Assembly (NCBI GenBank): GCA_039028835.1
Contig: JBCCHK010000001.1
Location: 65,636-129,635 of the forward strand
Direction of reading: 5' to 3'
Length of the DNA stretch: 64,000 bases
DNA from: Pseudomonadota bacterium
GTDB taxonomy: Bacteria > Pseudomonadota > Alphaproteobacteria > JBCCHK01
Below are positions 39,907 to 51,611 of the stretch, piece after piece. The notes beneath the pieces were generated by a model, which saw only the letters and a list, made by a program, of their open reading frames with translations, made no database searches and was not told the DNA's origin. Position 1 is the stretch's first letter, and every line of letters starts with the position of its first letter. Both the position numbers and the translations under genes were made by a program.

Positions 39907-40032
39907 GTGTGTCATCCCCCTTGCAGGTATTGTTTTCGCTGATGCGGTCATCTCAAGGGCTACTGGATGGGCGCGTGTCGTAGCGCAAGAACGTGGTGGC
40001 GCATCACGAGGCGTATTATAGGGGAGTTGACG

Positions 40033-40692
40033 ATGAAACGACGGGCTTTGGTAACAGGCGGCAATAGAGGCATCGGCCTTGAGATTGTGCACGGCCTTGT
40101 GGGTTTGGGACACGAGGTCTTGCTCGGCGGGCGTGACACCACAGCGGTGAGTGCGGCGGCCAAAAAGGTCAGTGCGATCCCTCTTGTTATAGATGTCGGC
40201 GATCGGGCCAGTATCGCTAAGGCGGCAAACGAGGCCGGCGTGGTTGATATTCTGGTTAACAATGCCGGCGTGTTGGGTGAGGGCGGCGTTTTAGAGAGTA
40301 CAGATGAATGGGAGCGATCCATGGCAATCATGGTCGAGGGGCCTTTTCGGCTCATGCATCATCTTGTGCCTGGGATGATCGATCGCGGTTATGGGCGTAT
40401 TGTGAATATCTCTTCGGGTTGGGGGGCTTTTTCTGACGGGGTGGCGGGCCCTGGAGCTTATGGTGTGGCAAAGGCGGCGTTGAATGCCCTGAGTGTTTCG
40501 GCGGCGCGGAGTTTGCCAAAAAGCGTTAAGGTGAACTCGATGTGCCCGGGGTGGGTGCGTACCCGCATGGGCGGTGAGGCGGCGACTCGTTCACCGAAGA
40601 AAGGCGCGGAAACGGCGATTTGGCTTGCGACTCTGGATGCGAAGGGTCCCACTGGCGGTTTTTTTCGTGATAAACAACCGATCGATTGGTAG
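40033..40692 (+). CDS. SDR-family oxidoreductase (ORF track start 39967 overlaps tRNA region; ATG 40033)
   Basis: MKRRALVTGGNRGIGLEIV TGxxxGIG Rossmann motif, YxxxK region. Confidence 0.75.
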   Translation: MKRRALVTGGNRGIGLEIVHGLVGLGHEVLLGGRDTTAVSAAAKKVSAIPLVIDVGDRASIAKAANEAGVVDILVNNAGVLGEGGVLESTDEWERSMAIMVEGPFRLMHHLVPGMIDRGYGRIVNISSGWGAFSDGVAGPGAYGVAKAALNALSVSAARSLPKSVKVNSMCPGWVRTRMGGEAATRSPKKGAETAIWLATLDAKGPTGGFFRDKQPIDW

Positions 40693-40738
40693 GGTGTTTT
40701 TTCTACAAGGCACTAAAACCTCCACGGAGGCTTGCTCG

Positions 40739-40830
40739 CCACGAGGGGCAGGATTCCGCCGTCATCTGCCCTTGTGATAACCACCTCATTTCCGCCTACG
40801 CAGGCATGACAAAGCACCGCCCGGTCAAGG
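40739..40830 (+). repeat. Diverged third copy of the ~60-110 nt repeat family also found at 44658-44890
   Basis: GATTCCGCCGTCATCTG...TTGTGATAACCACC...TTCCGCCTACGCAGGCATGACAAAG matches core GATTCCRCTGTCATCTGTGATTGTGACRACCACC and tail CCCGCCTACGCGGGAGTGACAAAG of upstream copies. Confidence 0.6.
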
Positions 40831-40849
40831 TCGCGCCATCTGGCCAGGA

Positions 40850-43800
40850 TTAGAAGGTGAGGGCGAGGCCGGTGATAATGAAGGTGTTATTCAGACCCGG
40901 TTGGTTGCTCCAGTTTCTGGAGGTAGCGGCCTCAGCAAAGAGATTGACGTGCTTGTTGTAGGCGCGTTTGTAACCGAGCGTGAGGGTTTGCTCGCGCTGG
41001 CGGATCCCCAGATTGACCTCGTCCAGTGAGACGACGAGCCCGGCGCTGGTTCGTTTGAGGCTGGTTTGGCTAAGGGTGCCTTTGCGGACCGCCAGGGGTT
41101 GGCGAAACCCAAGGCTAAGGGTGTCATGCTCAAAAAAGATGTCTGAGGCAACGGCGGTGATATTCAGCGCATCGGACCTCACGCGGGTATCTTTGGTAAA
41201 GCGGTTATGGCGGAAGTCGATGTGACTGTTCATCATGGTATAGCCAGCATCGAGCATGAGATGATCGCCCAGTCTGTGACCCATGTCGAGTTGTAGATAG
41301 TGAGAGACGGTATGGCCGCCAAGTTCATAGCCGCCGTATCCGTGGCTACCGAGGAAGCTGTTGCGCTCGACAAAGCTTCCCATCATGAGGCCCGTGGTGG
41401 TGCGTTTACCGGTGTGGGTGATACCGACGCTATAGTCATAAAACAGATCAGTATCGGCTTTTTGTCCCAAGGCGCCTTGCTCAAAGGAGGTCTCGAACCA
41501 CAGATCCGGGGCGAGGGCGAAGGTCGTGTGGCTGGTGGCAAGGGCGGTGGCGCTGGAGGTCACGAGTCCCCAGACCGAACGTTTGTTGTTTTGATCGAAA
41601 TTGGACAGGGGGTTGACGGCGGCGCGTTCTAGGCGTGTGAAGGAGGTGCGCATGCCGGGGATGACATAGATGAGTTGGTGGCCGACGTTGTTACCGCTGA
41701 CCAGGCCAAAGGAGAGCCCGCCAGCGATGGGGGTGAGGTTTTCTGTGCGGGGTGTGTGGTTTGTCAGGAACTGGGCGGCGGTGGGTCTGGGGACGACGGT
41801 GGTGGCGATAGGCAGTTTGTAAAAGAAGTCGCGGTTGAAGGCGTCGATCCCGGCGAAGGAGAGGGGTTGTGTTATCAAGGTGGTGCCGAAGGCTCGGGAT
41901 GGGGCGATTTTGCTGCTGGCGGCACGTACGCCATGGACGGCAGCGGATTTGATGGCGCGGGGGGCGAGAGGGGCACTGAATACCTGACCGATGCCGATTC
42001 CTGCAGCCAGGACGGTATTGGCGGGCGGCTCGAAGGCTTTTTCGACGTCCAAAAGGCCGCATCCGTAGGCGTCATCGGGAACATCGGTGTAGTCGATAGA
42101 GCCATCCGCTTGGAAGGCTGGGCAGCGGGTTGCCGCACTGGCGGCTCCTGCTGCCGGGCGCGGGAGGGCGGCGGGAAAGCCATAGGCCGCGCGTTCGCCA
42201 CTGGAGTCACGGCGTTCGGCGGTGGTGAGCAAGATTTTGACGATTTCTTGGGCGGTGAGTTGATCCCAGCGTCCTTTGAGCATGGCGGCGGCCCCAGAGA
42301 CCACAGGTGCAGCCATGGAGGTGCCCTGCTTTTCTACATAATCTCTTGCCCCAGAGGTGGTTGGTCCGGTGATTGTGGTGCCGGGGGCAGCCAGGCACCA
42401 AGCACGGGAGGCGCCGCATCCGTTAGAGTAGGGGGCAAGTGTTTGGGCTGCGCCGCGGGCGGTCGTTTGCAGGGCAACCACATTGATGAAGAAGGGGCGT
42501 AAACCAGCGCTCACCACAGGGAGGATCGTTTCTACGGCCGGTGTGTTTGCAGCAACACGTCTATCAGCAGGCAACGCATTATTGAGGTCAAGGACAACAT
42601 CTCTATAGAGCGGTGACGGTGACGCACGCACGCCCCCTGCCGCTGCGTTGAATTCGTTCACGCGTCCCGAAACGTCATTAAAGCCGTGGTTACCGGCGGC
42701 CCAAACGATGATCGCTGGATTGGCTGGTGCTACTATGCGTTGTATTGGTTCAGGGCCTCCGACTCCTGGGTCGCCAACTGTGTTTTCGTGAAGCCCGCTA
42801 AGCAATGCTCGTTGCGCGTAAATCAATCTGTCATAATCCGACCCGCCACCGGCTCTTAATCCTCTGACTGCGTCTTCGTATGCAGTATCGAGATCGGCAA
42901 GGATCTGGTGGCGTGCCTCCTGGACAGGGGGATGCACAATAAAGCGTCCTGCCGCTATTTGCCGTCTCAAGGGCGCAGCACCCCAGCTGTTGTTGATGAT
43001 AGTAGCGCCGTCGGCACTCGCTCGTGAGAATGCGGCGAGTATGTCGGTCGCATTACGATTAAGAGCGAGGGTGATGGGAATGATACGCGCTTCCGGAGCC
43101 ATGCCGCCGTGATAGGCGATATTGGGATTATCCACGGAACCCATCAACCAGCTAGATTTGAGGACGTTACCGTTGCCTTGTGGGCTGGGTCGCCCGGCGA
43201 TGATGCCAGCGACATGGGTGCCATGGTCACCGTCGACTACGGTGCTGCCACTAGGAAAGACGCCGCCACCAACGAGAGCACCTGCAAAGGCGCTGTGCCC
43301 AGCATCAACGCCGGTATCGATGACGGCGACACGAACGTTAGCACCCTTGTAATTGACGGTGGGGTCGCCTGGGTTCGCGCCTGCCGTGGGCAGGCCGTGG
43401 ACTGTATGGGCCCCCGTTTCGCACAGGGGGTTCACGGGAAGGCTGCCTCGGAGGGCTTGGTAGCTATTGGGCAGGCCGGTCTCAGGAAGAGGGGCACTCC
43501 GAGCGAAGACGGGCGCCGGGACGTGGATGCGATCTGGGTTTTCACATCCCCCTGCTGCGGAGGTTGTAAGATCGACGTCGTCGTAGCGAAAGGGTCCCGC
43601 AGGGGGGGGGGCTGGAGGTACTACGGGTGGCGGCGCGGGCGGCGGCGGCGCGGGTGGCATTGCGGGTGGCGGCGGTGCGGGTGGCGGCGCGGGTGGCGGC
43701 GGTGCGGGTGGCATTGCGGGTGGCGGCGGCGCGGGTGGCATTGCGGGTGGCGGCGCGGGTGGCGGCGCGGGTGGCATTGCGGGTGGCGGCGCGGGTGGAA

Positions 43801-44281
43801 CATTGCCATCGCCGCTACTGCCACCGCCGCCGCCTAAGGCGACTGCAGCGCTTGCTGCCGCACCAAGAACGGCGAGGCCAGAGCCAACGGCCCCAACAGC
43901 CCCCGCACCCGCAGCTGCGGTACCAGCGGTTGTGGCCGCTCCTGTCGTCGCGCCTGTGCTTCCGGCGGTGCCAGCGGCTTCGGCTTGATTCAGGCGATCT
44001 AGGAAGGCGCGGCAGGCTGGATCATGGCTCACCAGCTGTAGCCAGGCCTTACCGCCAATCTGGCACTGAACGGCAACATCGTCCTCGCTCGTGATCTGGG
44101 ATACTCCCAACAGCGTTTCCGGGGTGCGGGTTTGATCTGCTTGGCGGGTGCTTACGATTTGTGATGCGCCTAGCAATGTTTCTGACAAAGGGGACGCCTG
44201 ATCTGCTGCTTGGAGATCAGCACCATGGCTTGGGGTGACGAGCCCTATGGCCACGAGAAGTGCAAGGGAGCTCCAGGGCAT
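40850..44281 (-). CDS. Subtilisin-like (S8) serine protease autotransporter with Pro-rich (PPAPPPAMPPAPPPP) linker and C-terminal beta-barrel translocator (ORF extends to 44386; likely start MPWSSLALLVAIGLVTPSHG at 44281)
   Basis: Signal peptide; S8 catalytic motifs VAVIDTGVDAGHSAF (Asp), HGTHVAGIIAG (His), GTSMAAPVVSGAAAML (Ser); C-terminal ~280 aa beta-rich domain ending ..GLALTF (autotransporter terminal aromatic). Confidence 0.85.
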   Translation of the reverse strand: MPWSSLALLVAIGLVTPSHGADLQAADQASPLSETLLGASQIVSTRQADQTRTPETLLGVSQITSEDDVAVQCQIGGKAWLQLVSHDPACRAFLDRLNQAEAAGTAGSTGATTGAATTAGTAAAGAGAVGAVGSGLAVLGAAASAAVALGGGGGSSGDGNVPPAPPPAMPPAPPPAPPPAMPPAPPPPAMPPAPPPPAPPPAPPPPAMPPAPPPPAPPPVVPPAPPPAGPFRYDDVDLTTSAAGGCENPDRIHVPAPVFARSAPLPETGLPNSYQALRGSLPVNPLCETGAHTVHGLPTAGANPGDPTVNYKGANVRVAVIDTGVDAGHSAFAGALVGGGVFPSGSTVVDGDHGTHVAGIIAGRPSPQGNGNVLKSSWLMGSVDNPNIAYHGGMAPEARIIPITLALNRNATDILAAFSRASADGATIINNSWGAAPLRRQIAAGRFIVHPPVQEARHQILADLDTAYEDAVRGLRAGGGSDYDRLIYAQRALLSGLHENTVGDPGVGGPEPIQRIVAPANPAIIVWAAGNHGFNDVSGRVNEFNAAAGGVRASPSPLYRDVVLDLNNALPADRRVAANTPAVETILPVVSAGLRPFFINVVALQTTARGAAQTLAPYSNGCGASRAWCLAAPGTTITGPTTSGARDYVEKQGTSMAAPVVSGAAAMLKGRWDQLTAQEIVKILLTTAERRDSSGERAAYGFPAALPRPAAGAASAATRCPAFQADGSIDYTDVPDDAYGCGLLDVEKAFEPPANTVLAAGIGIGQVFSAPLAPRAIKSAAVHGVRAASSKIAPSRAFGTTLITQPLSFAGIDAFNRDFFYKLPIATTVVPRPTAAQFLTNHTPRTENLTPIAGGLSFGLVSGNNVGHQLIYVIPGMRTSFTRLERAAVNPLSNFDQNNKRSVWGLVTSSATALATSHTTFALAPDLWFETSFEQGALGQKADTDLFYDYSVGITHTGKRTTTGLMMGSFVERNSFLGSHGYGGYELGGHTVSHYLQLDMGHRLGDHLMLDAGYTMMNSHIDFRHNRFTKDTRVRSDALNITAVASDIFFEHDTLSLGFRQPLAVRKGTLSQTSLKRTSAGLVVSLDEVNLGIRQREQTLTLGYKRAYNKHVNLFAEAATSRNWSNQPGLNNTFIITGLALTF
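43620..43800. repeat. 12-nt-based tandem repeat array (GCGGGTGGCGGC / GCGGGTGGCATT units) inside autotransporter, encoding the PPAPPPAMPP linker
   Basis: Visible periodicity in sequence; creates long antisense ORFs (43109..43837, 43627..44094) that are artefacts. Confidence 0.8.
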
Positions 44282-44657
44282 CTTGCCTTGGGTATGTGAG
44301 CGCTCTGGTGAGCACGCTTGCGCCAAGCCCTTGATTGGGCTTTTTGTCGGTTTGGCTGTGCGTGGCGGGTGACGTTGTGGGCGCATTGGGGTTTCTTTGA
44401 CTCTTTGGTTTGCTTAAGTCTCGTTTTTAATCTCGCGGGCTTAGTCTCGTGAGTATCTGATACCCACTATCCTGGTGGATTGGATGCACAAACCAGTAAA
44501 ACAACCCCTTTGATTGGTATTTTACGTCCCTCCTACGTCACATCCCTCCTGTTATATGCTTGCCTGAATGCCCCTGTGATGGGCTTTCTAAGGCCTATGA
44601 TGGTACTAGGACCAAGAGCACCAATTTAACAAAAAAGTCGCTAAAAGTCAAGAACAA

Positions 44658-44890
44658 CCCCGAGGGGGTTTGATTCCACTGTCATCTGTGATTGTGACAA
44701 CCACCGCCCGGTCCCCAGTCTTGTACCGTGTGGCGTTGCTACTCTCGTCATTCCCGCGTAGGTAGCCCCGAGGGGGTTTGATTCCGCTGTCATCTGTGAT
44801 TGTGACGACCACCGCCCGGTCCCCAGTCCTTTATCATTCTGGTTGCGCCATCTCCTGGACTCCCGCCTACGCGGGAGTGACAAAGTGAGG
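44658..44890 (+). repeat. Two tandem direct copies (period 108 nt) of a ~63-nt conserved core + diverged tail; candidate small RNA / REP- or MITE-like element
   Basis: Cores 44658-44720 and 44766-44828 differ at 3 positions: CCCCGAGGGGGTTTGATTCCRCTGTCATCTGTGATTGTGACRACCACCGCCCGGTCCCCAGTC; not CRISPR (2 copies, no cas). Confidence 0.7.
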
Positions 44891-45486
44891 GGTGTACGCC
44901 AAGACACGCACGGCGGCCTTAACAAGTACCGCCGTATGATGAACAACTGGTCAAGGCTAAGCCTTGTCAAGGCCGGTCTTAGCCAGACGGGCAGGATTCC
45001 GTCTATAATCTATGCTTGTGGCAACCGCCGTGTTATCCCGAGTAAGCACCGTGGATGTTGCGAAGGCCGCGCCTTGCCGTGTAAGTCTGGGGATAGGCCG
45101 CGATTATCACAGGCTATGACTTGACAGAGGGTGGGTTTTTCGTCAATGTGAGCTTTCAATCCTTGAGGGAGGCTTCCGATCCCAAGACCCATGTCATGAG
45201 TGTGACCATCAATACGACTATAATGCCGGTTTTTCCGCCGCATCGTGCGCTAGGTTGTCGCTCATCTATGACAGGATCCACGAGTCTGCTCGATGCGTCT
45301 GCTTGCCTGCGTGCCCTCCTTGCTCAGCTTATTCGCCCCGGGGCGGATCACTAGCACATCGGGCTTACACGAAGAAACCCGGTGTCACCGCCACGGGGAT
45401 ACCAACGATACCTCATCCGTGCAGGAGCCAAGCTCGAGCCGTGATGAGGGTTTTCTCTTCGTTGCTATGACCAAGGGTTTCTTATC

Positions 45487-48148
<2,662 letters not shown>

Positions 48149-48155
48149 TCAGGGC

Positions 48156-49136
48156 TTAAACGACGCTATCGCAGGGATTGAGCGGCCCATCACCCTTGAG
48201 GACGGAGTCAATGTTTGCGCGTACCATGCGCGCCATGGCCCCCAGTGCGTGGTGGGTTTGCGAGCCGATGTGGGGCGCGAGGGCCGCGCGTTCAATCTGG
48301 CACAAGGCATCGGGCACATGGGGCTCGTTCGCGTAGACGTCTAAACCCACATTGCCAAGAGCGCCGCTTTGCAAAGCGGCGATCATCGCGTCCTCATCCA
48401 CAACCGAGCCGCGCCCGATGTTCACCAGCACGCCCTCTGGACCAATGGCGTGGATAATCTCATGATCCACCAGATGATGAGTGGACTCTCCACCGGGGCA
48501 GGCAATCACTAGCACCCGTGCCCAACGGGCGAGGGCGATAAGGTCCGGTTCGTAACGCCAAGGAGCGTCCGGGCGTTCATTGCGGGCGTGATAGGCGAGG
48601 ACCGCCCCGCAGGCCTGGAGCCGGTAGGCAATGGCGGTGCCAATCCGGCCAAGCCCGAGCACACCGGCCTTTGCCCCGGCAAGGCCATGGCAGGTCTTCA
48701 TCAGCTCCTTGATTGGCCATTGCTGGTCTCGCACATAGCGATCAGCCTCGGGCAGGCGGCGCAGGGCGTTGATCGTCAAGGCCAAAGCGAGATTGGCGAC
48801 ATCGTCGCTCATCGCGCCAGGGGTGTGGGTGACGCGAATCCCACGTTCGTTTGCGGCAGGGATATCGACGCTGTCATAGCCGACGCTTAACAGGGCAATC
48901 AGGGTTAAGGACGGGTATCGATCCATCCTCGCGCCGTCGATGGGCTTGGTGCCGTCGCTGACCAGGACCTCAAGGTCTGCTGGGTCAGCGTCTTGCCAAA
49001 GAAAAGTTGTCTGATAGTCCTGCGTTAAGGACTCCATAAAAGGGGCATAGATCGGTGTGAGAATACCAAGACGTGTCATGAGGGTGTGGCTGGTCTCGTT
49101 AGCTTGTGTTTTTGGCCGTCGGCGATCATGCAGCAA
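48156..49136 (-). CDS. D-isomer-specific 2-hydroxyacid dehydrogenase (glyoxylate/hydroxypyruvate reductase-like)
   Basis: GxGxxG NAD motif GLGRIGTAIAYRL, catalytic R/E/H context; likely start MTRLGIL at ~49079. Confidence 0.8.
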   Translation of the reverse strand: MLHDRRRPKTQANETSHTLMTRLGILTPIYAPFMESLTQDYQTTFLWQDADPADLEVLVSDGTKPIDGARMDRYPSLTLIALLSVGYDSVDIPAANERGIRVTHTPGAMSDDVANLALALTINALRRLPEADRYVRDQQWPIKELMKTCHGLAGAKAGVLGLGRIGTAIAYRLQACGAVLAYHARNERPDAPWRYEPDLIALARWARVLVIACPGGESTHHLVDHEIIHAIGPEGVLVNIGRGSVVDEDAMIAALQSGALGNVGLDVYANEPHVPDALCQIERAALAPHIGSQTHHALGAMARMVRANIDSVLKGDGPLNPCDSVV

Positions 49137-49156
49137 TCATACAAGCAATCATACAG

Positions 49157-49243
49157 TGGTGTGGGCAGGGGGACTTGAACCCCCACGGCCTTGCGGCCTC
49201 AAGATTTTAAGTCTTGTGTGTCTACCGATTCCACCATGCCCAC
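49157..49243 (-). tRNA. tRNA-Leu (anticodon TAA), long variable arm
   Basis: Reverse complement GTGGGCATGGTGGAATCGGTAGACACACAAGACTTAAAATCTTGAGGCCGCAAGGCCGTGGGGGTTCAAGTCCCCCTGCCCACACCA: 87 nt, class II tRNA, anticodon loop CUUAAAA. Confidence 0.85.
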
Positions 49244-50131
49244 GTCCACGGTCGGCATTCTAACCAGGCTATGACGGCGTGTATAGGCGGCACAAGAGCG
49301 ATCAGAAGATGGATCGGAGGTGAGATCAGATGTGGCATTGGAGGGGGACTCGCTCGCCGTTGCGGGATGCTTAACCGGCGGGGGCTTTTTAATCAAGCGC
49401 ACCCCGCGCCGCCACAGATGGCCTGCTTGATAGTGAATAAGCGCAACCACACGAAATGGCAGGAACGGGTTGCGCCAAAAAGCGGCCCGTAGCGCCGGAC
49501 GGGTGAGAGGCACAAAACGACCGGTAAGGGATGTCATCAGCGTCTTTTTTCCCGTGGCATCAAAATAATCGATCTTAATCCCGCAAGATTTTTTTGTGAC
49601 GTGAAAGGCAAAGCGATAGCGACCTTCGCGCGCAAGAAAAGGTGAGACGTGCAACGCCTTGCGTGCCCACAGGACATCATCATGCCCAAGGGCGCGACCA
49701 TCGCGATGAGCGCAAAGATAACTGTGGGTCTCGCCGAAAGTATTGTTGACCTCGCACACCACAGCGCACAAGTCGCCCCTATCATCGCGGCACAGCCAAA
49801 AACTCACCGGATTAAAGACATAACCCAAGACCCGCGGCAAACACACAAGACTCACGTTCTCATATCGGGGCAAGGTGTGGGCCGAAAGAATACCATTAAG
49901 CCAATCTCGTAAAGAACGACCATCGCGGTGGCCATGGTCGCGGGTATAGAAACTTTGTATCCCTGGTCGATCGACAGGCAACACTCGATCCAAAGCCCCG
50001 TCCGCAAGTGCAGCAAGGGGAAGATGGACGTAGTAAGCCCGGTAGCGAAAACCCTTCAAACGCGGACTAAGCCGACGATGGATTACCTGGCCTTGTAAGA
50101 GTTGTCCATCTAGCTTGGGGCGGTGCGCCAT
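49199..50131 (-). CDS. DUF1365-family protein (UfaO-like, fatty-acid-modifying), with ~55-aa low-complexity C-terminal tail that reads into tRNA-Leu
   Basis: GQVIHRRLSPRLKGFRYRAYYVHLPLAAL matches DUF1365 N-terminal signature (G.V.HRR..P..H.F.Y); overlaps upstream amine-oxidase gene by 22 nt. Confidence 0.7.
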   Translation of the reverse strand: MAHRPKLDGQLLQGQVIHRRLSPRLKGFRYRAYYVHLPLAALADGALDRVLPVDRPGIQSFYTRDHGHRDGRSLRDWLNGILSAHTLPRYENVSLVCLPRVLGYVFNPVSFWLCRDDRGDLCAVVCEVNNTFGETHSYLCAHRDGRALGHDDVLWARKALHVSPFLAREGRYRFAFHVTKKSCGIKIDYFDATGKKTLMTSLTGRFVPLTRPALRAAFWRNPFLPFRVVALIHYQAGHLWRRGVRLIKKPPPVKHPATASESPSNATSDLTSDPSSDRSCAAYTRRHSLVRMPTVDVGMVESVDTQDLKS

Positions 50132-51408
50132 GGCGGTGGGCTCCCAAGGTGTTGCGCTACGCTCACAGCGCTTTTAAGGCCGTCCTCATGAAAACCATAG
50201 CCAGTCCACGCGCCACAAAACCACAACCGGTCTCGTCCTTGTAGACTAGGGAGCTTGGCTTGTGCCCGTATCGCCGCATTATCAAAAAGCGGGTGATAGA
50301 AAACATGGTCGTCATAGATTGTCTCAGGATCGTGGGCAGGGTTAAGAGTCACGAAAATATCCTGATGCGTGGCAAGGGGTTGAAGGTTGTTCATCCAATA
50401 ACTCATGGTCAAGGCCGCAGATTGCTCCGATAAGACATTGTGACATTCATCATGGCGATAGACCCAGCTTGCCCAGGCCTTCTTGCGTTTGGGCATGACC
50501 CGTAGATCACCGTGGAGGACCGCTCGGTTTTTTTGGTAAGGTATGGCGCACAAAACCTCTCGCGCTGCAAGGGTCTCAGGCAACAGCGCAGCGGCTTGAT
50601 CGCTGTGACAGGCTAAAATGACTTGATCGAACATTCTATCATCCCCTATCCCATCGCGCACCTGCACGCCATGACTGCGAGGGATGATTTGTCGTGCCGC
50701 GCATCCGTAGCGTATCTGTTTGGCAAAGGGCTTGCAAAGGCGCGAGACGTACTCGCGCGAACCGCCGCGCACGGTGTACCACGCGGGACGCCGTCTTATA
50801 TCGAGCAAACCGTGGTTATCGAAAAAGGTTATCAAGGTGCGCGCCGGGAACTGCAAGATATGCTCGGCGGGGCTACTCCAGATTGCCCCGGCCATGGCCA
50901 GAAGATAATACCGGACAAACCAATCACCTAAACCAAGCGCCTGCTGGCAGTCAGCCATGTTGGCTTCAGGGTTGCGGGCGACAAAGGTTTTAGCCTTGTG
51001 GCCAAACTGCAGGATATCCCGCAGCATTCGGTAAAAATCAGGTCGAACCAGGTTGCGTGGTTGCGCAAACAGGTGCCGAGCGCTGTACTCAAGCCAGCCG
51101 TCATCACGACCAAGGTTGACCGTCACGCCAAAGGACATGTTGCTCGGTGCTGTGGGTACGTTGAGGTGCTCAAACATCGCCGTAAGGTGCGGGTAATTGC
51201 GGCGGTTATAGACGATAAAGCCCGTATCAACCGGAATGTCCCCATCACAGGTCGGCACCAGGCGGGTGCGAGAATGGCCGCCGATCTCCCTCGCTTGTTC
51301 ATAAATGGTAATCTCGTGATCGCGGTGTAGTAAGAAGCCCGCGCCTAAGCCCGCGATCCCAGTGCCGATGATGGCAATCTTCATAGTCGTTTGTACTTTG
51401 TTAACCAC
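50110..51408 (-). CDS. FAD-dependent amine-oxidase/phytoene-desaturase-like oxidoreductase (UfaD-like fatty-acid desaturase candidate)
   Basis: MKIAIIGTGIAGLGAGFLL...YEQAREIGGHSRT dinucleotide-binding motif; conserved partner of DUF1365 and CFA-synthase genes. Confidence 0.75.
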   Translation of the reverse strand: MVNKVQTTMKIAIIGTGIAGLGAGFLLHRDHEITIYEQAREIGGHSRTRLVPTCDGDIPVDTGFIVYNRRNYPHLTAMFEHLNVPTAPSNMSFGVTVNLGRDDGWLEYSARHLFAQPRNLVRPDFYRMLRDILQFGHKAKTFVARNPEANMADCQQALGLGDWFVRYYLLAMAGAIWSSPAEHILQFPARTLITFFDNHGLLDIRRRPAWYTVRGGSREYVSRLCKPFAKQIRYGCAARQIIPRSHGVQVRDGIGDDRMFDQVILACHSDQAAALLPETLAAREVLCAIPYQKNRAVLHGDLRVMPKRKKAWASWVYRHDECHNVLSEQSAALTMSYWMNNLQPLATHQDIFVTLNPAHDPETIYDDHVFYHPLFDNAAIRAQAKLPSLQGRDRLWFCGAWTGYGFHEDGLKSAVSVAQHLGSPPPWRTAPS

Positions 51409-51611
51409 TGATGCGCCGTTTTATTCGCTATAGCCTCCCACATCCGTGCGCGCTAACGCCATGGCAAACTTGAGAATATGACAAAGTGTTAATGTCCCCG
51501 AAAGTATAAACAAGAGCGCACAGCAGGTAGGATACCTTGTGATAAAGTCCCATCACAAAACAATCAGCCTCTTAACCGAAGTTTAGGACACAACAATAGG
51601 GCACAACAATA

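Noticed and set aside
41675-44094. Long + strand ORFs (41675..42502, 43109..43837, 43627..44094) inside autotransporter
   Set aside because: Antisense of the S8 autotransporter; the 43.6-43.8 kb ones are translations of the 12-nt tandem repeat (AARVALRVAA... / GWRRCGWRRG...).
44658-44890. Possible CRISPR array
   Set aside because: Only two repeat copies with a 108-nt period and ~45-nt non-repeat tails, no cas genes anywhere in the window; a third diverged copy lies 4 kb away. Does not fit CRISPR architecture.
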